Both the position numbers and the translations under genes were made by a program. A DNA stretch of 64,000 bases from contig OZ251518.1 in assembly GCA_965242965.1 (NCBI GenBank), positions 960,001 through 1,024,000 on the forward strand, given 5' to 3'. Shown here in pieces: positions 1 through 8,872 of the stretch. Source of the stretch: Candidatus Poribacteria bacterium. GTDB taxonomy: Bacteria; Poribacteria; WGA-4E; WGA-3G. Under the pieces are notes generated by a model. It was given only the letters and a program-made list of their open reading frames with translations. It did not search any database and was not told where the DNA came from. The stretch's first letter is position 1. Each line of letters starts with the position of its first letter.

Positions 1-682
1 CGCGATAAACCACGCAGTTAACAAAGCGGCGATTATTGAACATCTGTATCAAGGCACCGGTATCCCGGCGAAAAACCCGATTCCGCCGACACTCTGGGGT
101 TACGATGACTCCATTGAAGATTACGACTACAATCCGGAGAAAGCGAAACACCTCCTCGTTGAGGCGGGGTATCCCGATGGGTTTGAGACGACGCTCTGGG
201 CCCTGCCTGTCCCGCGTCCCTATATTCCCGATGGGCGCGCGCTCGCCGAAGTGTTACAGTCCGACTTACGGCGCATCGGCATTAAGGCGAAAATTGTCAC
301 GTTTGACTGGGGGACGTATCTGGAAAAAACCAAGCAAGGCGAGCACGACATGGTGCTTTTAGGATGGTTCGCTGACTTCGGTGACCCGGACAATTTCCTC
401 TACTATCTGTTGAGCAAAACCGCCGCCCAAAAACCGGCAGGAAACGTTGCGTTTTACCGCAGCGATGAGATGCAGGAGGTGCTTGACAAGGCACGCGCCA
501 CCACGCATCGCGAGGAACGCGTCGCGCTCTATCAACAAGCGCAGGCGATATTCCATCGTGATGTGCCTTGGGTGCCACTTGCGCACGCGCAGCAGATTTT
601 GGTGATAAATAAAAAAGTCAAGAATCTTGAGTTGCATCCGTTAACGTGGAAATACCTCCGGCACGTCTCGCTGGAAAAATAG
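1..682 (+). CDS. ABC transporter substrate-binding protein, family 5 (DppA-like); 5'-truncated by the window edge
   Basis: Open frame from base 2 (AINHAVNKAAIIEHLYQGTGIPAKNPIPP...PRPY...GWFADFGDPDNF); strongly similar to the C-terminal half of 699..2450. Confidence 0.9.
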   Translation, partial: AINHAVNKAAIIEHLYQGTGIPAKNPIPPTLWGYDDSIEDYDYNPEKAKHLLVEAGYPDGFETTLWALPVPRPYIPDGRALAEVLQSDLRRIGIKAKIVTFDWGTYLEKTKQGEHDMVLLGWFADFGDPDNFLYYLLSKTAAQKPAGNVAFYRSDEMQEVLDKARATTHREERVALYQQAQAIFHRDVPWVPLAHAQQILVINKKVKNLELHPLTWKYLRHVSLEK

Positions 683-698
683 GAGAAAATGACGACTG

Positions 699-2450
699 AT
701 GAAACACCCGTTTTTTTTCATTTTAACCCTCAGTTTGTCCCTGATGTTTTTAACGCTAGGGCACGCGGCGGGGCCCGACGTGAACGCCGACGGGGTTGTC
801 AATATCCTCGATTTAACCCTCGTCGTATCACACCTCGGTCAGAATATACCGGCGACGCAACGGCCGAATCCCGATGCTAACGGCGACGGCATCGTAGATA
901 TTCGCGACCTGCAGTTTGTCGCCCTACACTTCGGTGAGGCGGTGGGCCTCAGTGCCGGCGGCACTTTAATCTTCGGGCGCGGCGGCGATTCCATCGGGCT
1001 GGACCCGGGGCATGCAACCGAAGGCGAATCCATCAAAGTCTGCGACAATATCTACGATACTCTCGTGCAGTATAGCGCAGGGATAACCGAACTTGAACCG
1101 GCCCTCGCCGAATCGTGGGTAAACTCTGCAGATGGCCTCACGTGGACGTTTCACCTCCGGCGCGGTGTGACGTTTCACGATGGCACGCCTTTCAACGCCG
1201 ATGCCGTCCTCTTCTCGCTCAACCGCCAGCACGAACCGACGCATCCGTTCCACAACGTCGGCGGTGCCTATTACCAGTGGGAAAGCATTGGTTTAAGCGA
1301 CATCGTGGATAAAATTACCGCGCTTGACGAATTCACCGTTCAGTTCCATCTCCATCGGATGCATGCGCCGTTCATCTACGACATCGCCTCAACGCAGTTT
1401 GCGATTGTCAGTCCGACAGCCCTGCAACGATGGGGAGAGGCATTCGCTGAACACCCGGTAGGTACCGGTCCGTTCAAGTTTGTGCAGTGGGCTCGGAACG
1501 ATAAAATCGTGTTAGAGGCGAACGATGCCTATTGGGGCGGCCGCCCGGTTTTAGATAGAGTGATTTTCCGCGCTATTCCAAACAACTCGGTGAGACTTCT
1601 GGAACTCCAGAACGGCAATCTGCACGTGATGGAATTTCCTAACCCCGATGACTTGCCGCAGATTCAGCAGGACGCGCGGCTGGAACTCGTCATGCAATCA
1701 GGGTTGAACGTCGGTTACCTTGGCATGAATATGGACAGACCGCCGTTTGACAACCTGAAAGTGCGGCAAGCAATAAATCATGCGATTAACAAGATGGCAA
1801 TCGTGGAGCAGCTCTACCAAGGCACAGCCATCCCGGCGAAAGTGCCGATTCCACCGACGCTCTGGAGTTATGACGATACAATCGAAGATGTCCCCTATAA
1901 TCCTGCACTCGCCAAGCAACTTTTGGCAGAGGCGGGGTATCCCGATGGGTTTGAAACGACACTCTGGGCCCTGCCTGTCCCGCGGCCCTATATTCCGGAT
2001 GGGCGCATGCTGGCAGTCGCGCTTCAATCCGATTTGCGGAACGTTGGCATTGACGCGGAGATTGTTACGTTTGACTGGGTAACCTATCTCGACAAAACCC
2101 GAAACGGGGAACACGACATGGCTCTTTTGGGATGGATTGCTGATACAGCGGACCCGGATACGTTTTTCTTTCCGCTGCTGAGCAAAACCGCCGCCCAAAA
2201 ACCGGCATGGAATATCGCGTTTTATCGCAACGATGAGATGCAAGAGGTGTTGGAGCAAGCGAGGACAGGGACGACGCAGGCGGAACGTATCGCGCTGTAT
2301 CAGCAGGCACAAGCGATATTCCATCGGGACGCGCCCTGGGTGCCGATAGCGCATGCACAACGGCTGCTCGTGATTAACAGGAATGTCAAGAACCTGCAGC
2401 TCCCATCTTTGCAGTGGAAATATCTTCGGCACGTCTCTTTAACCGACTAG
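699..2450 (+). CDS. DppA-like ABC substrate-binding protein with N-terminal dockerin-like (EF-hand) domain
   Basis: Signal peptide, DVNADGVVNILDL and DANGDGIVDIRDL repeats, then SBP_bac_5 motifs (LRRGVTFHDGTPFNADAV, PVGTGPFKF). Confidence 0.9.
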   Translation: MKHPFFFILTLSLSLMFLTLGHAAGPDVNADGVVNILDLTLVVSHLGQNIPATQRPNPDANGDGIVDIRDLQFVALHFGEAVGLSAGGTLIFGRGGDSIGLDPGHATEGESIKVCDNIYDTLVQYSAGITELEPALAESWVNSADGLTWTFHLRRGVTFHDGTPFNADAVLFSLNRQHEPTHPFHNVGGAYYQWESIGLSDIVDKITALDEFTVQFHLHRMHAPFIYDIASTQFAIVSPTALQRWGEAFAEHPVGTGPFKFVQWARNDKIVLEANDAYWGGRPVLDRVIFRAIPNNSVRLLELQNGNLHVMEFPNPDDLPQIQQDARLELVMQSGLNVGYLGMNMDRPPFDNLKVRQAINHAINKMAIVEQLYQGTAIPAKVPIPPTLWSYDDTIEDVPYNPALAKQLLAEAGYPDGFETTLWALPVPRPYIPDGRMLAVALQSDLRNVGIDAEIVTFDWVTYLDKTRNGEHDMALLGWIADTADPDTFFFPLLSKTAAQKPAWNIAFYRNDEMQEVLEQARTGTTQAERIALYQQAQAIFHRDAPWVPIAHAQRLLVINRNVKNLQLPSLQWKYLRHVSLTD

Positions 2451-2501
2451 AAACCGGTAGGCGCGGTTTCAAATGCGGGCTACACAAACTATTGGAACAT
2501 C

Positions 2502-3557
2502 ATGAAAAAAGAGTTTTCTATCGGTGTCACGCGTGACTTCCTGAAACCTGACGGCACCTCCGATTTTGACACTATCGGTGCACCCGCCTTTGACAACGCC
2601 GGCTTGCACTGGGAATATCTGCCAACTCTGCCAACTCTGTCAACTCTGCCAACGTTGACTTCTACCCTCACCGCGGCGCAGGTGGAGAATTACGACGCGC
2701 TTTTAGTGCTCGGCGCAGGCGTTACCGCTGAAACGGTTAGCGGTGCGGATAGACTGGCAATTATCGCGCGGTTCGGCGTAGGTTACGATAAAGTCGATGT
2801 GGCGGCATGCACCGAAAACGGCGTTTTGCTAACAATCGCGCCCGATGGTGTGCGCCGCCCGGTGGCCACGTCTATCATCACGTTTGTCCTCGCGCTGAGC
2901 CATCAGCTGCTCATCAAGGATAGGCTGACTCGCGGCGATGGCTGGGCACACAAACAAGATTACATGGGCATGGGACTCGTCGGACGAACGTTGGGGCTCG
3001 TCGGCATGGGCAATATCGGCGCGGAGGTATTCCGACTCGCGCAACCTTTCGGCATGCGGCACATCGCGTCCGACCCTTACGTTTCAACCGCTGATGCAGA
3101 AGCACTCAACGTTGAACTCGTTGAATTGGATACGTTGATGCAAACCGCCGATTTCGTCTGCGTCTGTTGTCCCTTGACGGCTCAGACGCGCGGGCTTATT
3201 AATGCGCGCCGCATCGGGCTGATGAAACCTGCCGCGTATCTGATTAACACTGCCCGCGGTCCCATCGTTGACGAGGGTGCACTCACCGATGCCCTACGTC
3301 ATCGGCGTATCCAAGGCGCGGGACTTGATGTCTTTGAGGAAGAACCCATCGATGCCGCCAACCCGCTCTTGGAATTGGAAAACGTCATCGTCACGCCGCA
3401 CAGTATCTGTTGGACAGACGAGTGCTTCCAACGTATCAGTCAGAGCGCGTGTGATAGCATCGCGCGCGTCGCCGCTGGGCAACTGCCATCTTGGATTGTG
3501 AATTCCGCTGTGGTAGATAGCCCAAAACTTCATGAGAAATTGAATCGGTGGCAGTAA
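2502..3557 (+). CDS. D-isomer-specific 2-hydroxyacid dehydrogenase (phosphoglycerate dehydrogenase-like)
   Basis: GLVGMGNIG Rossmann motif, LINTARGPIVDE, AGLDVFEEEP, VTPH. Confidence 0.9.
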   Translation: MKKEFSIGVTRDFLKPDGTSDFDTIGAPAFDNAGLHWEYLPTLPTLSTLPTLTSTLTAAQVENYDALLVLGAGVTAETVSGADRLAIIARFGVGYDKVDVAACTENGVLLTIAPDGVRRPVATSIITFVLALSHQLLIKDRLTRGDGWAHKQDYMGMGLVGRTLGLVGMGNIGAEVFRLAQPFGMRHIASDPYVSTADAEALNVELVELDTLMQTADFVCVCCPLTAQTRGLINARRIGLMKPAAYLINTARGPIVDEGALTDALRHRRIQGAGLDVFEEEPIDAANPLLELENVIVTPHSICWTDECFQRISQSACDSIARVAAGQLPSWIVNSAVVDSPKLHEKLNRWQ

Positions 3558-3648
3558 AAAGAAAATAAGACGTAGGGCGAGGCTTGTCCCTCGCCATGGC
3601 AATCGCGACGGGTAGGAGAGACCTCCCGGTCTCGATGCCCTTTAAACT

Positions 3649-3903
3649 GAGGGTGTTTCATAACTCCGGTTCGGTATTTATCCCGCCTTGGAGGGTAGGC
3701 GAATCCAGGAAGCATTGGGCCCATCTCTGTAGTTCGGGAGCGCCCGCTCCCGAACGGATCAGGATCAGGCGATCCTGAACTACAGGGCCTGGCGCACGAA
3801 CGATGGCGAGGGACAGGCCCTCGCCCTACGTGAGGGGGCGGCGTTCTTTCACCGTAGCGCGGGGCCTATCACCGCGACGTTGAGAGAGTTATGAAACACC
3901 CTC
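3649..3903. mobile_element. MITE copy A (TIR GAGGGTGTTTCATAA...TTATGAAACACCCTC) with REP cargo
   Basis: Perfect 15-bp TIR; flanks TTTAAACT / TCTAAACT (8-bp TSD, 1 mismatch); collinear with the copy at 34793-35087. Confidence 0.8.
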
Positions 3904-3928
3904 TCTAAACTAGGAAATACGAAAAAAA

Positions 3929-5065
3929 ATGGCACATGCATACACCCCCGGACTCAAAGTTACCGCGGGCATGACAATCCAAAAAGAACGCCGACTTCCG
4001 CTTCAAGGCGAGGTGCTTGTGCAAGTCGGCGATGCTGTCAACGCCGAAGATGTTGTCGCGAAGGCGGATTTGCCCGGCAACGTGCAGTTGTTGAACGTCG
4101 CGAATCTGCTCAGCGTCCCCGCCGGTGAAGTCGCCGAATACATGATAAAACCGATAGGCGCGTCGGTTGAGAAGGACGAGATTATCGCGATGACGAAAGG
4201 GCTTTTTGGGCTCTTCAAATCGCAGGCGCGCTCTCCGATTGACGGCGAGATCGAATCCGTATCCGATGTTACCGGCCAGGTCATTTTGCGAGAACCGCCG
4301 ATGCCAGTGGCAGTGAAGGCTTACGCGGACGGTGCGATAACGGAAATCGTGCCGCAGGAAGGCGTTACCCTAGAAACCTACGGCACCTATATCCAAGGCA
4401 TCTTCGGCGTTGGCGGTGAGACGATAGGCACACTCGTCGTTGTTGCGGATGCGCCCGGCGATACCTTGACAGCGGCACAAATCCAAGAGACGCATCGCGA
4501 CAAGATTCTGGTAGGCGGTTCACTCGTAACAACCGATGCAATTCAAAAAGCGATTGGCCTCGGTGTCAAAGGCATCATCGCAGGCGGTATTGATGACGCA
4601 GACCTGCGTGAACTCCTCGGTTACGAACTTGGGGTGGCAATTACCGGTTCCGAAGATATCGGCATCACGCTCGTGATTACCGAGGGGTTCGGCAGCATCG
4701 CGATGGCGGAACAAACGTTCTCGCTTCTCAAATCGCGCGCGGGGATGAAAACTTCGATCAACGGTGCAACGCAGATCCGGGCCGGTGTCGTGAGACCGGA
4801 GATACTCATTCCGTTAGCCTCACAGTCAGATGCTCCTGCTGGCGGCGAGCCCGCGGAAAGCACCGAGGGCATTTTACAGGTGGGCAGTCCCGTGCGCGTT
4901 ATACGGGAGCCCTATTTTGGAAAATTAGGGCGCGTCCTTGCCTTGCCGGTAGAACTCCAACAATTGGAAACGGAGGCAGAGGTGCGGGTGTTGGAGATTG
5001 CGCTTGAAGATGGGCAGGCAGTGACGTTGCCTCGCGCGAATGTTGAAGCAATCGAGGCAGGTTAA
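3929..5065 (+). CDS. Conserved hypothetical protein with barrel-sandwich-hybrid-like repeats and C-terminal KOW/SH3-like segment
   Basis: 378-aa ORF starting MAHAYTPGL; GEVLVQVGDAV repeats; GSPVRVIREPYFGKLGRV. Confidence 0.7.
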   Translation: MAHAYTPGLKVTAGMTIQKERRLPLQGEVLVQVGDAVNAEDVVAKADLPGNVQLLNVANLLSVPAGEVAEYMIKPIGASVEKDEIIAMTKGLFGLFKSQARSPIDGEIESVSDVTGQVILREPPMPVAVKAYADGAITEIVPQEGVTLETYGTYIQGIFGVGGETIGTLVVVADAPGDTLTAAQIQETHRDKILVGGSLVTTDAIQKAIGLGVKGIIAGGIDDADLRELLGYELGVAITGSEDIGITLVITEGFGSIAMAEQTFSLLKSRAGMKTSINGATQIRAGVVRPEILIPLASQSDAPAGGEPAESTEGILQVGSPVRVIREPYFGKLGRVLALPVELQQLETEAEVRVLEIALEDGQAVTLPRANVEAIEAG

Positions 5066-6391
5066 ATGAACACTATTTTATCGCAAATGCCCATCGATTT
5101 GGGCGATAATCTACTCCTCCGATTCGCGACGTTGGAGGATATTGACGCGCTTGCCGATTTCAACGCTCGCCTCCACGAAGGCGAAGATAATGCGGTGTCT
5201 ACTCGCGACCTGATGTCTGGGGCGCATCCTACTTGCAAGGCAAGCGATTTCACCGTCGTTGAAGATACGCAGACAGGGGAGCTCGTCTCATCAGCGTGCC
5301 TTATCTCGCAGACATGGACATACAGCGGGATTCCGTTTCCACTGGGCAGACCGGAATTTGTCGCCACCGAGGCGGCGTATCGGCGGCGCGGGTTAGTCCG
5401 GAAGCAGTTTGATGTCATTCACGCGCTCAGTGAGGCGCGCGGCGAACTAATGCAGGGTATCACCGGTATCCCATGGTATTATCGCCTGTTCGGTTATGAA
5501 ATGGCACTGGATATTGAGGCAGAACGCACCATTGACGCGCTCCACATCCCCAAGTTGAGAATTGGGCAAACCGAGACATATCGCCTCCGTCCGCGCGAGG
5601 ATTCGGACAACGCTTTTATTCAGGAGGTTTATGAAAACGCAATGGAAAAAAGCCTCTTCGCCTGTCAGCGTTCACCGGCAATGTGGAAGTATGAATTCAA
5701 CGGACGTTCCGAAGGTAACGGAGACTCGGTGAAGTGGCAGATTATTGAAGATATGGCAGGCACTCGGCTTGGGTATGTGCAATATTTCCCGTGGCATTTT
5801 GATAACTTCCTCGTCAGGCAGTTGGAGCGCAAACCGGGGGTAGGCTATTTGTCGCTGATGCCATCGCTGTTGCGAGAGTTGTGGGCATTGGCGAAACAAA
5901 CGCCTCCCGCGAATCAGACAGAGTGCGAGAAACCTACCGGTGTGCAGTTCATGCTAGGGCGCGAACATCCCGCCTATTCGGCGTTACCAAAAGATGTCAC
6001 CCGCATCGGTGAGCCGTATGCGTGGTTTATCCGAGTGCCGGATTTAATCGCATTCCTGCGGCATATCCAACCCGCGCTGGAGAAACACCTCATCGGCACG
6101 GTAGCGGAAGGCTACACCGGTGAATTGAAACTTAACCTCTATCGGAGCGGTTTGCACCTGAAATTTTACCACGGCCGGATGACAACTATCGCCGAGTGGC
6201 GCGCGGATTCAGTGGAAGATGGAGATGCCGCCTTCCCGGAGCTCACCTTTTTGCAACTGCTCTGTGGCAGGTGCCGCACCGATGAATTAATCGCCAGATT
6301 CGTCGATTGCTGGGCGAACAACACAGCATCCGTGTTGCTTGACTGCCTATTCCCTCCGTTTGCGGGCGAAGTGTGGCGAGTGGACTCTTGA
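5066..6391 (+). CDS. GNAT family N-acetyltransferase (Eis-like)
   Basis: VATEAAYRRRGL acetyl-CoA motif A, GIPWYYRLFGY. Confidence 0.8.
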   Translation: MNTILSQMPIDLGDNLLLRFATLEDIDALADFNARLHEGEDNAVSTRDLMSGAHPTCKASDFTVVEDTQTGELVSSACLISQTWTYSGIPFPLGRPEFVATEAAYRRRGLVRKQFDVIHALSEARGELMQGITGIPWYYRLFGYEMALDIEAERTIDALHIPKLRIGQTETYRLRPREDSDNAFIQEVYENAMEKSLFACQRSPAMWKYEFNGRSEGNGDSVKWQIIEDMAGTRLGYVQYFPWHFDNFLVRQLERKPGVGYLSLMPSLLRELWALAKQTPPANQTECEKPTGVQFMLGREHPAYSALPKDVTRIGEPYAWFIRVPDLIAFLRHIQPALEKHLIGTVAEGYTGELKLNLYRSGLHLKFYHGRMTTIAEWRADSVEDGDAAFPELTFLQLLCGRCRTDELIARFVDCWANNTASVLLDCLFPPFAGEVWRVDS

Positions 6392-6395
6392 CGCA

Positions 6396-6965
6396 ATGAC
6401 GACGCAATCCCATGCCATTATCAATCTCGCGCTCCTCTCTCGGCAAGGAGAGCCGTATCTCCACCGTTACGCCTTAATAGGCGCGATTCTCCCAGACCTG
6501 GCGATGTTCATTTTCTTCGCCGTTGAGACGTTTGTTCGCCGAACACCGCAGCAGGAACTCTGGAGTCAGCGGTATTTCATGCCGGCGTGGCAGAACTTCT
6601 TCGACTTCTTCAATTCTATCCCGCTCATCCTGCTCGTGCTAGGGTTCGGCTATTTCCTTGTGAAATCGGAGAAGATAACGGTGTTGGCATGGAGCATGCT
6701 CATCCACTGCGGCTTTGACTTTTTCCTGCACAACGATGATGCACACCATCACTTTTTTCCGCTATCCGACTTCGCCTTCCAAAGTCCTGTCTCTTATTGG
6801 GATGCTGCGCATTACGGGCACATTGTCGCGCCGATTGAGGTCTTGGTGACACTCGCGGTTTCGGTTTATCTGTTTCGGCGGTTGCAAACGCGGGCAAGCC
6901 GGTGGGTTTTGGGAGGCGTGAATGTTTTTTCGGTGGCGGGTTATTTCGTTTTTACGTTGACTTAA
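6396..6965 (+). CDS. Membrane-bound metal-dependent hydrolase-like protein
   Basis: MTTQSH, GAILPD, H..D...HNDDAHHHFFPLS motifs with hydrophobic segments; start moved to ATG 6396. Confidence 0.7.
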   Translation: MTTQSHAIINLALLSRQGEPYLHRYALIGAILPDLAMFIFFAVETFVRRTPQQELWSQRYFMPAWQNFFDFFNSIPLILLVLGFGYFLVKSEKITVLAWSMLIHCGFDFFLHNDDAHHHFFPLSDFAFQSPVSYWDAAHYGHIVAPIEVLVTLAVSVYLFRRLQTRASRWVLGGVNVFSVAGYFVFTLT

Positions 6966-7001
6966 AATCCGCTTTTCTCCTATAATATCGTAAACTGTAA
7001 T

Positions 7002-7291
7002 GAGGGTGTTTCATAAATCGCTCAATGTTGCGGTGACATGCCCCGCGCTAAAAAAACGCCGCCCCTTCACGTAGGGCGAGGGCCCTCGGATGCCACACGC
7101 GCATGCGAGCGGGTTTCCCTCGCCATGCATTTGGCTGGCAGACCGCCTCATCCCTATAGTTCAAGATCGTCTGAAGCTCTGGCACATTTGCCAAGCGATC
7201 TTGACCCGTTCGGGAGCAGGCGCTCCCGAACTACAGAGGTGGGCCCGATGCGCGGCACCCCCGCGCTTTTCTAGAGGCAGTTAAGAACCTC
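7002..7291. mobile_element. MITE copy C (inverted relative to A/B; variant distal end TTAAGAACCTC)
   Basis: Starts GAGGGTGTTTCATAA; carries the same internal REP modules in reverse order. Confidence 0.7.
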
Positions 7292-7327
7292 GTCGAAACC
7301 CGCCTGAAAAAGGCGAAGAGTTAGTTT

Positions 7328-8176
7328 ATGAACCTATTTTTTTCCGGGATCCACCGCGTGTTCGCGCTGTTTTGTCTTTTTCTCGCAGTGAGTCTAGGAT
7401 GCGCCGGGACAACCTCCGACGTGCAGATGTCGCCGGCGGATGCAGAACAGTTAGACTTGATCCTAAGCACGCTTCAGGCGAGATACGCGCTGACCGGCTC
7501 TCTCAAAATCACCAAAATGATGGTAACCATCGAAGAGGGGCAGCACAGCGAGGAACTCCGCGAATTGTTGTGGTATAAGAAATCGGCAGCAGGCGGAGAG
7601 CTGCTCCATATCCAAGCGTTGGGTCCGTTTAATGAGACGCGCGGTGTTGCCATCGCAAACCAAGATGCGAACCAATTCCTCCTCGCGCTAATCAACGAGC
7701 AGAAGGCTTACGTCGGCGAGTTATCCGACGGTGCTTTGCGGGAGATTTTCGGCATCGCACTGCGCGTTTCTGATGTCCTGAGTGCCATTTTCGCCAATCC
7801 GTTCCTTGACGAACGCACCGATGGGCTCACGCTTGAAAGTTCCGGCGCGAAGTTCGTCATCACGCGCCCGGGGATTCAGGAAGGAGAGGTAGAGACGATT
7901 ACCGTCTTCGTGCGAGACGAGGAGCCGCGCGTGACAGAATGGCGCGTCCATGACAACACCGGTGAACTGCAACAACGCGCCGCCTTCGCCGACTATCGTG
8001 AAGTGGGTGGCATTCTCAGGCCTCATAACGTTGAAATTGAACGTCCGCTTGAGCAGACCCGGGTCACGGTGAAAATCGCCAAAGTCGAAATGAACGTTGA
8101 GATTTCGGAGAGTAAGTTTAACACTGAACCGTTTTTGACGGAGGATATTGAAATCGTCCCTTTAAATGCTCCGTAA
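7328..8176 (+). CDS. LolA/LolB-fold (DUF4292-like) lipoprotein
   Basis: Lipobox SLGC; ALGPF and FADYREVGGILRP motifs; occupies the lolB position upstream of ispE. Confidence 0.6.
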   Translation: MNLFFSGIHRVFALFCLFLAVSLGCAGTTSDVQMSPADAEQLDLILSTLQARYALTGSLKITKMMVTIEEGQHSEELRELLWYKKSAAGGELLHIQALGPFNETRGVAIANQDANQFLLALINEQKAYVGELSDGALREIFGIALRVSDVLSAIFANPFLDERTDGLTLESSGAKFVITRPGIQEGEVETITVFVRDEEPRVTEWRVHDNTGELQQRAAFADYREVGGILRPHNVEIERPLEQTRVTVKIAKVEMNVEISESKFNTEPFLTEDIEIVPLNAP

Positions 8177-8178
8177 TT

Positions 8179-8835
8179 CGTAGGGCGAGGGCCTGTCCCT
8201 TGTTAGTCACCGCTCCGTGATTCGTAGGGCGAGGGCCTGTCCCTCGCCATCGCTCGCGCTATGGAAAAAACGTCTCTTCTTCTCTTCAGGTCAGTAGGAC
8301 CTAAAACGCCACCGCTTGACGATGGCGATCGCGGGGGACAGGCCCCCGCGCTACGGTTGTCGAGGCCGCCTCCCTTCACCGTAGGGCGAGGGCCTGTCCC
8401 TCGCCATCGCTCGCGCTATGGAAAAACGTCTCTTGTTCTCTTCAGGGCCGTAGGACCTAAAACGCCATCTCCTGCCGATGGAGATCGCGGGGGACAGGCC
8501 CCCGCGCTACGGTTGTCGAGGCCGCCTCCCCTCACCGTAGGGCGAGGGCCTGTCCCTCGCCATCGCTCGCGCTATGGAAAAAACGTCTCTTCTTCTCTTC
8601 AGATCCGTAGGATCTAAAACGCATCGTGCCGATGGCGATCGCGGGGGACAGGCCCCCGCGCTACGGTTGTCGAGGCCGCCTCCCTTCACCGTAGGGCGAG
8701 GGCCTGTCCCTCGCCATCGCTCGCGTCCGCGCAATCCAACGATCGCGGGGGACAGGCCCCCGCGCTACGGGAACATCAAGACCCGAGGTCTTTCCTACTG
8801 GGGAGCAATCGAGACCCGAGGTCTCTCCTACCGGG
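8179..8835. repeat. BIME-like tandem array of alternating REPs, unit about 155 bp, 3 full units plus partial units
   Basis: GTAGGGCGAGGGCCTGTCCCTCGCC alternates with inverted CGCGGGGGACAGGCCCCCGCGCTAC; linkers near-identical. Confidence 0.9.
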
Positions 8836-8872
8836 GAAACGGAATCAAACCATCAGACGAGGGAGGATTGTA

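Noticed and set aside
8179-8835. CRISPR array (also considered for 36899-37086 and 38945-39242)
   Set aside because: Intervening sequences are near-identical rather than unique spacers, repeats alternate in orientation and recur genome-wide as REPs, and there are no cas genes
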